Origin: Chloroflexota bacterium | GTDB lineage: Bacteria; Chloroflexota; Dehalococcoidia; DSTF01; RBG-16-68-14 | DNA length: 64,000 bases | Direction of reading: 5' to 3' | Assembly (NCBI GenBank): GCA_029262675.1 | Contig: JAJCYW010000010.1 | Coordinates: 129,166-193,165 of the forward strand | Shown: positions 54,869 to 63,800 of the stretch, piece by piece | Numbering within the stretch: position 1 is the first letter of the stretch | Layout: each line of letters begins with the position of its first letter | The notes under the pieces: generated by a model | The model's input: the letters and a program-made list of their open reading frames with translations, nothing else | Database searches by the model: none | Told to the model about the DNA's origin: nothing | Made by a program: the position numbers and the translations under genes

Positions 54869-56329
54869 TTAGGCCTTCGGGTTCACCGGCGGCTGCGGCG
54901 GGTGCGGCACTGCGCATGTGCTTCCGAAGCGGCCAAAGACGAACTGCAGGTCGTTGATGTCGATGTCGGCATCTGACTGCGTTCCGGAGGGCTCCAGGTT
55001 CATGAAGTCCTTGTAGATCAGGCTACCCTTCTCAACGCCCCAACGGAACGAGATCGCCTGCGCGTCTAGCGCGTCGACCGAACAGTCGGGCTCCACGTCA
55101 CCTTCGAGGTAGCGGAACGTAATGTCCGCGTCGTCGCAGGCGAAGATCGGGATCGCCTCACCTTGCTCGTCACCCAGGTCACAGTTCACGTTGTTGATCT
55201 GGACGACGTTACCGTTTTCCTGGTTGGGCTTCATCGGAGAGTAGATCTCCGGCTGCGGATAGACATCGACGGTGGCCAGCGAGGCCAGGTTGTCGATGCG
55301 GTCTACTTCAGCCGCCTTACCCACGGTGACACAACCAATGCGGGCAACGCCCTCAAGCTGCGGCTTGCTAGCCGAGTCTTGGATGATGCAGATCGCACCC
55401 GCGGCCTGCCAGTCGGCGCCCGTGGTCAGGTCAACACAGACCTTCTTGTTGTCGTAGAGAACCTCGAACTCAAAGGCCGCGAGTACCTGGAATCCGGTCA
55501 CGCCCTTCGGGTCCGGGGAGACAACCGCCTGGCTCAGCTCTTCGCTGAGGCTACCGATGTTCGTGCCAGAGAGGCAGTCTACCGGCGGAACCTTTGAACC
55601 CTGTCGCGTCAGGAAGACGTTCTGCAGGGCCGGGATCTTGGACATTCGCGGCACCGGCGGCGGCGTGTTCGTCGGCGTCGATGTCGGAGTCGGCGTGAAT
55701 GTCGGAGTCGGCGTTGCTGTGTTCGCGTTCGTGCAGTGTACGGTTACCGAACTGCCAGGAACGGCGATGTTGCCAGTTACAGCGTCAGCAAATGCCGCGC
55801 CGCTGGTACCGGCGTTCGGGCCGCCGAGCGTCTCCAGATCAATCTGGTGGCCCTGGGACTTGCCCGTTGTGCAGGTAAAGTCGAACTGGAACAGCGCACC
55901 CTTGATAACGCTGATTGGCGGACTGATCAGTCCGGTCAGACAACCACGGCCAACGGTTGTGGCCGTCAGTGTTCCAAGGTCTGCCGCGGCGCAGTCTCCC
56001 CATATGGTGGAGGAGCCCGTTGCCGTCAGACCAGTGGCGCCAAAGAACAGGAAGGCCTGCGCACCGACGTAACCGTTCGTAATCGGAACGGCGTCACCGC
56101 TGACGGTGACGCTAAAGGCGCTACCAATTGGGACACAAACGTCGCCCGGGGCCTTTGCGCCGGGGCAGGTCTGGCCGCCGGAGACGGCCATGCTCATGGC
56201 AGCGCCGTCTGTGGCTGCCTCTGCAGTGTCGGTGCTGTGGCCCATGCTGAACACCATGACCGCTAGCGCGATCGCCAGAAGCGGCAGGCTCAGCAAGCCC
56301 AGTACCTTAATTCGTTGTGTTCTATTCAC
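54869..56329 (-). CDS. Secreted protein: Cys-rich beta-sandwich + PT linker + cohesin-like domain fused to atypical dockerin
   Basis: RBS aggaggt; GYVGAQAF, GCLTGLISPP; LAAFEFEVLYD, RIGCVT; EGDVEPDCSVDALD and DADIDINDLQFVFGRFGSTC. Confidence 0.8.
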   Translation of the reverse strand: MNRTQRIKVLGLLSLPLLAIALAVMVFSMGHSTDTAEAATDGAAMSMAVSGGQTCPGAKAPGDVCVPIGSAFSVTVSGDAVPITNGYVGAQAFLFFGATGLTATGSSTIWGDCAAADLGTLTATTVGRGCLTGLISPPISVIKGALFQFDFTCTTGKSQGHQIDLETLGGPNAGTSGAAFADAVTGNIAVPGSSVTVHCTNANTATPTPTFTPTPTSTPTNTPPPVPRMSKIPALQNVFLTRQGSKVPPVDCLSGTNIGSLSEELSQAVVSPDPKGVTGFQVLAAFEFEVLYDNKKVCVDLTTGADWQAAGAICIIQDSASKPQLEGVARIGCVTVGKAAEVDRIDNLASLATVDVYPQPEIYSPMKPNQENGNVVQINNVNCDLGDEQGEAIPIFACDDADITFRYLEGDVEPDCSVDALDAQAISFRWGVEKGSLIYKDFMNLEPSGTQSDADIDINDLQFVFGRFGSTCAVPHPPQPPVNPKA

Positions 56330-56559
56330 GAAGTTGACCTCCTACCGAGAGTAGATAATATCTAGGTTACTCTGTGGTTTGCTTGTTCTGGTGTAGTACA
56401 TCCCCTCCTTTCTCGGCCCTACACGGGGTAGGAGCCAAATACAGCGGTGTAACCAAATTGGCAACCAACCGGGCGGGGGTCGGTGATTGGCATGTAATAC
56501 CGCTTGCGCGGCGGACTATGGCGGGGAACCTGTGGAATCTTCTTCCACCAGCTGATACT

Positions 56560-56588
56560 TGTATATCACGGTGTCCCAGCTTTGTCAA
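56560..56588 (-). promoter_or_regulatory. Sigma70-type promoter for the 486-aa gene
   Basis: TTGACA-17 nt-TATACA with extended TG. Confidence 0.65.
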
Positions 56589-56701
56589 GCGTTCCGAGCG
56601 TACCTAATTTCGATCCTCTGCAGAACCGGTTGGAGCGACACCTGACGTATGGAGCGGTGCATTCCCGGCATCATGACAACGACAACGCGCGAGACTCGCG
56701 A

Positions 56702-58900
56702 TCATAACAACAGCGAGCAGTCCTGCCCGTGGTGCTGAATGACCGGCAGGACGTCGAAGAGCAGGCTGACCGTGCCGTCACCGTCGATATCGTAGAGCAC
56801 GTCGAATCCGGGATCTCCCGTTACCTCGCCGTGGTGTTGCACGACCGTCAGGATGTCGAAGAGCAGGTCGACCACGAGGTCGCCGGTAACGTCGAAGCAG
56901 GCCTTCAGGTCTGTTGTTTCGGAGGCGTCGTTGCCTACTGGGTTCTCATCCGGGTCCGAGGCAGACGCCGTGACGTTGTTCGTAATCGTTTGGTCCACCA
57001 TCAGTGTTGGCGCGCGCACATCCAGCGTGATGATCACCTGGCTGCTTACGAGGACCTCGTCGATGGTGCACTCGACCGTATCGACCGGTACCGCGACGCA
57101 AACGGCTCCCGTCGCGCCGACAAAGGTGGCCGGACGGTTGAACTTGGCGAAGTTGAAGACGGTAGCCGTCGGCAACGTGTCCGTCACGACCACGTCCAGC
57201 GCGTCGCCGAGCCCGATGTTGTCGACCGTGATCGTGTAGCTGTAGTAGCCGAGTCGCAGCACCGGATCGGCCAAATCCACCTTGGTTACGACGAGGTCCG
57301 GCGGCGGCGCCACAACCGGCGTGTACGCGATAGCCGAGTTGTTGCCGGAGTGGACAAAGAGCTCGTTGTCGGCCGAAACGACCGCAGTGTTCTTCATCAT
57401 CAGGCTCTGCGTCACCACCGGAGAGAGCATCACGATCTCGACGAATGCATCGCTGCCCGCCGGAATGTTCCCCAGGCTGCAGGTGACGACCCCGGCGACT
57501 GGCGCGCCGCAGCCGGGGCTTGCCGACACGAAGGCACCGTCCAACGGAAGCGTGTCCACAATGACGACGTTTTCTGCCTCTTGCGGACCGCTGTTTGCGG
57601 CCGTCAGCGTGTACGTGACGTTCTCGTTGCCGTTCACGAATGACGGATCGCCCACTTTGGTCAGATCCACGTCTGACCGTGGTGCGAGGACTACCGTCTC
57701 TTCGATATCCGTATTATTACCGGTGTTCGCAAAAGGCTCGTTGCTCGCGCTTACAGTGACCGTGTTCGAGACCAGCGTGTCCAATATGGGCGATGGCGCC
57801 GTCACGGTGATATCGATGACTACCTGGTCGGACGGGTTCATCGGGTTGGTGACCGTGCAGATCACGACGCCTAGATTCTCGCCGCAGTTGGCGCCCGCGG
57901 AGACCGCGGACACAAACGACGAACCGGGCGGTAACGCGTCGGACATCGTAACGTCCTCGGCCGTTTGCAGGCCCACGCTATCGATGGTGACGCGGTACGT
58001 GAAAGTGGCCGTCGCGTCGACGGGGTCCGTCAGGTCGACCTTCGTCACCTTGACGTCAGGCCGCTCGCTCGGCGGCGGCAGCGGCGTCGGGGTGTCGGTC
58101 GGCGTCGGCGAGACCGTCGGCGTGTGTGTAGCCGGAATCGGCGTCACCGTCGGTGTCGGCGTCGGGCCCAGGCAGTGGACGACGAGATCTGAAAGCTTCG
58201 GAATGACTGTTGTTGTCCCATCCTGGAACGCGGTGCCGCTGGTGCCCGCCAACGGGTCGTTTTCCGGCAGGAGCTGGACATTGGTGGTGGAAGAAGACGA
58301 GGAGCACGTGAATGATAGCTCCAAGATGGTGCCGATGAAGAAGCTCACCGGCTGCGGGGGGATTAGGCCCGTGAGTCCGCCGTGGGATACGACGTGCGGC
58401 GCGACTTGGGCCTTGAATACCACCGAAGGGTCTAGGTCTGGCCAGACCATCTCGTCGGCCGCGGCCTGGGAGTTGTAGGTGAGGTTGGTCGTGACGCAAT
58501 CGGTGTCGAAGCGGTCGGCGCCATCGCCGCCGCCGTTGTCGATTGTGTCACTGCAGGTATTGAGACCGGCGCCGTCTTCGCTCGCGGCGGGATCGTAGAT
58601 GCCGTAATCGATGAACGTCTGCACCGCAATGTACCCCGGCACTGGCGTATCGATGACATTAGCCGTCAGCGTGAAGGTGTCGCCTGCCGTGACGCAGTCG
58701 TCGTTCGGGTCATAGCCGCCCGGGCATGCTGTGCCGCCCGTAGTAACCGCCATAGAGATCTCCGGTCCGGTGCTGGCGGCCTCTGCGCGCTGCTCGCCGC
58801 CGCTATCCCAGACCAGGAAGACCGCGACGGCGATGAGCGCGATGATTGGCAGCACCAAGAGCCGTGTTGCCATCCTTGGACTAATGTTGCCGATCTTCAT
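56702..58900 (-). CDS. Secreted protein: Cys-rich beta-sandwich + three DUF11-like repeats + atypical dockerin-like tail
   Basis: GPEISM, GYIAVQTF, HGGLTGLIPP; 3x DV.VTK...YT+TV.N.G...A..V...DTLP; DVTGDLVVDLLFDIL and DIDGDGTVSLLFDVL. Confidence 0.82.
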   Translation of the reverse strand: MKIGNISPRMATRLLVLPIIALIAVAVFLVWDSGGEQRAEAASTGPEISMAVTTGGTACPGGYDPNDDCVTAGDTFTLTANVIDTPVPGYIAVQTFIDYGIYDPAASEDGAGLNTCSDTIDNGGGDGADRFDTDCVTTNLTYNSQAAADEMVWPDLDPSVVFKAQVAPHVVSHGGLTGLIPPQPVSFFIGTILELSFTCSSSSSTTNVQLLPENDPLAGTSGTAFQDGTTTVIPKLSDLVVHCLGPTPTPTVTPIPATHTPTVSPTPTDTPTPLPPPSERPDVKVTKVDLTDPVDATATFTYRVTIDSVGLQTAEDVTMSDALPPGSSFVSAVSAGANCGENLGVVICTVTNPMNPSDQVVIDITVTAPSPILDTLVSNTVTVSASNEPFANTGNNTDIEETVVLAPRSDVDLTKVGDPSFVNGNENVTYTLTAANSGPQEAENVVIVDTLPLDGAFVSASPGCGAPVAGVVTCSLGNIPAGSDAFVEIVMLSPVVTQSLMMKNTAVVSADNELFVHSGNNSAIAYTPVVAPPPDLVVTKVDLADPVLRLGYYSYTITVDNIGLGDALDVVVTDTLPTATVFNFAKFNRPATFVGATGAVCVAVPVDTVECTIDEVLVSSQVIITLDVRAPTLMVDQTITNNVTASASDPDENPVGNDASETTDLKACFDVTGDLVVDLLFDILTVVQHHGEVTGDPGFDVLYDIDGDGTVSLLFDVLPVIQHHGQDCSLLL

Positions 58901-58956
58901 GTTGTAGCCTCCTCCGGAAAACCACTACATCTTCATAAACGTTTGCCGGTTGCGTA

Positions 58957-60720
58957 TCATACCGGTGGCTGATCGAGTACTCCTGCTTCCAACTGCAAGA
59001 TGACGGTCGCGTCGATGCTGTTGACTGTTCCGTTCTCATCCACGTCGGCGTTCTCCGCGCAGGCCACGTTGGCCAGCAGTCCGGCGTGATACTGCAACAC
59101 CAATGTAGCATCGATGCTGTTCGTTTGGCCGTCGCAGTTCACGTCACCGCTAGCCGGACGGCTGGTGAGCGCGTCCGAACATGAGGCGGCCACGACGTCG
59201 TCGCCGGTCATCAACCCGAGTGACGACGCGGCCAGGGCAACGGTCGGGGGCGTACGCGCGACGCCGGCGGGCGTCGCGGGCCACAGCAAGTCGCCGGGGC
59301 CGGCGCCGATCGCAGCCAGCGTCGGCGATCCGGCCGTCAGTGAAAAGACAACGTGGTCTTCTGTGGCGCGATACGTTCCGTCGCCGCTCTCATGCAGGCA
59401 GAGGGCGTCAATGTCGTCTCCGGGCAGTAGGCCCAGCGCTCCGGCCGTAGCGTACGCCGCGGGTGGCGCGCCCGCCGACGTGACCAGCACATCTGCTGCC
59501 AAGACGCCGTACGCCGGGAGCGACGGGGACGCGCCGTCGAGCGAAAAGTACACGCTCCGCTCCGGGACGCCGTCGTGGTTGGCATCGACAACGTCCGCGT
59601 GCGGCTGCGTTAGCGCGTTGAGGTTGGGGCGAGCGCTGATCGACTCGACAAGGCCGAGCGGGAACGCGGCTGCGCAGGCGCCGATCGGTCCGTTGCCGTC
59701 CAGCGTGAGCTGGTTCGTTCCGTCGCCGGTGGACGAGAACACGTCCGATTCGGCCTCGGGCGAGAGCCCCGGCTCGGCCGGGGGGCAGGCGCGCTGCTCG
59801 GCGACCGCCGTGCCCGGCATTCCGTCTGCCGTGGGGCCGACCGAGAAGTAGCTGACGTTGGCGGCCAGGTCGTTACCGAACGACAGGGCGTCGATGTCGT
59901 CCCGCGGGGCGCCTTCTGCTCCGCAGCCGGTGAGCCCCAGGCCGGGGCAGGCGATGCGAACAAACGGGGCTTGGCCTGCGCCCGTCGTGGCTGCGAGCGG
60001 CGTCAGCGCTAGCACACTCGCGGGGGGTAGGCCGTCCGCGTTGCCGCGCTCGACGGAGTACGCGGGTAACAGCGGAGCGACTGCGATAGTGAGGCTATTG
60101 ATGCACAGTTCGAGGTCGGTATGCGTGTTCGCCTCGTTTACCAGCGCGATGCAGTGTTCTGGCGTGCCTGCTGCTGGCGCTGGCCACTGGTACGTGAGAC
60201 CGAGCGGCGGCCACGCCGCAAGGAAGGCCTGTTGGCCGGACGCTGCGGGCGTCAGGTGGATGGGCGTCTCGTTGTGGATCTGAAGCGGGCCGATTACGGT
60301 GCTCGGCAGTTCAAGATCGAGAGATAGCTCGAAGAAGCTGGACGCCGGAAACGGGATGCCGGGCTGCGTGCTGCGGATCTCGCCCGTCGAGTGGTAGGAC
60401 GCGCCCTGGTCGGGCCGCTCCGTGACATCCACCAGACCGAGACGGCTTGCTCCTCGTAGCTCTAGGTTGACGATCGCTAGCTCCTGAACCAGGGTTCCGC
60501 CGTCGTCGCGCGGATCCGACCGCTCTACCTCAATCCATCCAGGGAGGATCGCCGTGTCGCCGCCCAGAAGGCTCGTCACTTCCGCGATCGCGACTACCGG
60601 TAGCGTGTCCGTTCCAGGTGGGTACGTAGGCATCCCGGCCCTCGTTAACTGCGTCGCATTCATCATCACCAAGCCGAAGAAGAGTAACGCGCCTGTCAGC
60701 CCTAATCCGACGAAACGCAT
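58957..60720 (-). CDS. Secreted protein with unknown domains and C-terminal dockerin
   Basis: Signal peptide; repeated DDIDAL/YFS motifs; GDVNCDGQTNSIDATLVLQ and DVDENGTVNSIDATVILQ. Confidence 0.78.
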   Translation of the reverse strand: MRFVGLGLTGALLFFGLVMMNATQLTRAGMPTYPPGTDTLPVVAIAEVTSLLGGDTAILPGWIEVERSDPRDDGGTLVQELAIVNLELRGASRLGLVDVTERPDQGASYHSTGEIRSTQPGIPFPASSFFELSLDLELPSTVIGPLQIHNETPIHLTPAASGQQAFLAAWPPLGLTYQWPAPAAGTPEHCIALVNEANTHTDLELCINSLTIAVAPLLPAYSVERGNADGLPPASVLALTPLAATTGAGQAPFVRIACPGLGLTGCGAEGAPRDDIDALSFGNDLAANVSYFSVGPTADGMPGTAVAEQRACPPAEPGLSPEAESDVFSSTGDGTNQLTLDGNGPIGACAAAFPLGLVESISARPNLNALTQPHADVVDANHDGVPERSVYFSLDGASPSLPAYGVLAADVLVTSAGAPPAAYATAGALGLLPGDDIDALCLHESGDGTYRATEDHVVFSLTAGSPTLAAIGAGPGDLLWPATPAGVARTPPTVALAASSLGLMTGDDVVAASCSDALTSRPASGDVNCDGQTNSIDATLVLQYHAGLLANVACAENADVDENGTVNSIDATVILQLEAGVLDQPPV

Positions 60721-60860
60721 CTTCTCCTCATTAACACGCAGCGCTTGCGCACGCAGCGCATATCTCCCGGCATGCGGGGCAAGCGGCTTGGAGGCGGGGA
60801 TGTCCGGCTAGTATACGTCTCTCGCGCCCACGCTGGCAACCGGCAGACGCGGGAGGACGC

Positions 60861-63800
60861 CTATCGCGGGCCATCTGTGTCCTCTTGACGACGCGACGGC
60901 GCAGGCCTGAAGCGCGGCTGGAACGGTGCCGGCGTCACGCCCTGCCGTCTGCGCCACCACAGCAGTTGCGACCAGGCGAGCAGCACCGCGCCGCCCGCTA
61001 ATCCAGCGATCGCGAGCGTGGTTGGCAGTACGTCGCCCGATGACCCGTCAGCCCCTCCCGTATCGGGGAGACCTGCGACCGGAGTCTTTAGGATAGGCCC
61101 ACTGTCGCGGACCAGTGTTGGTGTTGAGGTTGGCACAGGCGCCTGGATGGGCGTGGCCGATCCCGTGGGTGATGCGGGCGTTGCGGTGCTGGGCGGCGCC
61201 CCGGGGGCCGGCGTGTCCGTCGGCGGGATGAATGCGGGCGTTGCGGTGCTGGGCGGCGCACCGGGGGCCGGCGTGTCCGTCGGCGGGATGGCGGGAACTG
61301 GTGTGGCGGTGTTTGCGGGTGCCGGCGTCGATGTGGGCGGCACAGCGGGCGTCCCGAATGTCGGTAGCGGGATCACCGTCGCCGTTGGTGGTGGCGGAGT
61401 CGTCGGTGTGGGCGTTGGAATCGCCGCTATCGCCGGTGTCCACGTCGGCTCGGCGGTCCACGTCGGTACTGGTGTCCAAGTCGGCTCCTGCGTCCACGTT
61501 GGCTGGGGCGTCCAGGTGTGCGTCGCTGTCGGCGAGGCGTCAGACGTTGGCACAGGCGTACCAGAGCCGTCAGGCGTCGCGGAGGGTTCTGGAGTCGTAC
61601 TCGGTGCCGGCGTGTCTGTAGCTGTAAGAGCCGGCGTGGCTGTCGCCGTCGATGTTACCGTTGGGTCCGGCGTCGGCGAGCCGGCCCCGGCGCCTCCCGG
61701 CGTGGCAGTTGCCGTCGCTGTCGCTGCGGCCGTCGCTGTCGCTGGCGCAGTCGTTACCGTCGCGGTTGGTTGCGGCGAAGGTGATGCGGTCGGAGTGCTT
61801 GACGGCGTTTCGCCGGTCGGCCCAGGGGTCGCGGTAGCCTCGGGCGTGACGCTCGGCGTTGGGGTTTCCGTTGACTTGGATGGCGGATCCTGTATGCCCC
61901 ACGGTTGCGCACAGGTGCTGCCCGTGCGGCCGTAGACTGTCTGCAGGTCGCTGATGTCGATGTCGCCGTCCGGCCGGATGGCTGGCTCGAGATCGTACCT
62001 CTCCTGATATAGGGTAGAGCCTTCGGAAACGCCGAAGCGTCCGGCTACCATTTGGTGATCGATGACGTTGACGGCGCAGTCGACGTTGATGTCGGACTCC
62101 AGCGCGCGAACGATGACCTTGGCGTCGCCGACGAACGAAACCGGAATGCCGTCCTCCAGCGCGCCGACGAGTCTGGTGTTCGCCGTGACGTCATCCAGAA
62201 TCACTTCTATCCCGTTATTTGGCGCCGGCCGAATCGGAATCCTCGCCAGCGGTGTTACCGTGATCCTGGCGAAAGCGAACGTGCCGCTCGGGCCGGGGTC
62301 GACGCCGGTCGTCACGCAGCCGAAGCGCACCGCTCCCTCCGTCCTGTTCTCCAGACATGTCGCCGTTCGGTCTGTGCCTTCCAACTCCTGGAGGAACGGC
62401 GAGGCGTCGATATCGAGCGATACGGTGTTGTTGTCGTAGGCCACGTGCAGCTCAAAACCACCGAGGCCGGATCCCTCCGGAACGTTCTGCGCCCGTTCGT
62501 ACAGCACAAGCGAGCCATTGCCCAAGAATAGGTTGGATTCCGCCGGCTCCTTGATCACACTGACGATATCCTGTTCCGATTGAACGCCCGCCGGCCCCGT
62601 GACGCCTGGATACGCGACTGACTTGTGGGCCGTAATCGCCACCGTCCGCAGCGTCGTGGTGAGCGAGCTGCTGTTGAGGCTCGGTATGCCTGGCGTTGCT
62701 GTTGGAGTCACCGTCGGTGTCGGGGTGGGCGTAGCGACAGGTGTCGGAGTCGCCGGCGGGATGACGATGACGACGCCGTCCTGCGTCACGATAGGTAGCT
62801 GGGCCGCGCCTGGGACGTCGACGATAATCGGGCCTGAGAGATGGAGCGGTGACAGTCCTTCGGCGAGGGCGAAGAATGTGGCCGTGGCGATCACGCCTGA
62901 ACCGTTGGCGCCAGGCGGCGTGGTGCCGATGGTGTTGCAGGAGAACTCGACGTCGCTAACGCCTACGATGGGCGGCAAGCAGACGACGTTGCGTCCCGTA
63001 CTGCCGAGAAAGGGGCCGACGACGAGCGACTGGGACAAGATCACAGACGGGCTGTAGCTGAGCATGAACTGGAACGCGCCGAGGTCGGCTACGTTATCGA
63101 CAACAATGTCCGCCGTGACGATGGTACCGACTGGCGCGTTCTGGCTGACCGGATCTATGCGTATGGTGACTGGCCCAGCGGGCGTCGTTGACGTTGGCGT
63201 AGGTGTGAACGTCGCTGTCGGCGGCGGGATCGGCGTGTCGGTGGGGGTTGGGGTGATCGTCGGCGTTGGTGTCACCGTCGGCGTCGGGCAGATGCCGCCC
63301 GGGCACGGGGTTGGTGTCACCGTCGGCGTCGGGCTGAGCGTGGCAGTTGGCGAGAGCGTCGGCGTCGGCGTCGCCCCCTCGACGACCGTGATCTCGCCGA
63401 CTCCGAGTGCCGCCGTCGGGTAGGCGAGTCCAGGGACGTCTGTGAAAATGACGTCCTCAAACGTCAGCAAGCTGATGCCGGCAGCCTCTCCCCGCAGCGT
63501 GATGAATGCTAACACGCCGGTGCCTGTTGGCCCCGCCGGTGTTGGTTCAATCGACACGCAGGTGTACTGGATGAAACCCGGCCCGGCGGTGGGCACTAGG
63601 CACGTGACGATGCGTGATGTGCTGGAGAGGAACGGCCCGGGTGATACGCTGGGCGCGGAAACGACGAGCGGATCATACCGAAGCGTGAACTGGAAGGCGC
63701 CCAGCTCCGGCGCGTTTGCCACAGCGACCTCAAGGATCGTTTCGCTGCTCAGATTCACAGTCTGGCTCTGCGGCTGCGGGCAGAGGATGAAGACGACCGC

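Noticed and set aside
48381..56210. Diversity-generating retroelement template/variable repeat pair
   Set aside because: Differences include indels and all bases, both copies are coding, and there is no reverse transcriptase.
48942..56600. Known riboswitches (c-di-GMP, c-di-AMP, SAM, cobalamin) in the long leaders
   Set aside because: No consensus recognisable by eye; kept only as unassigned candidates.
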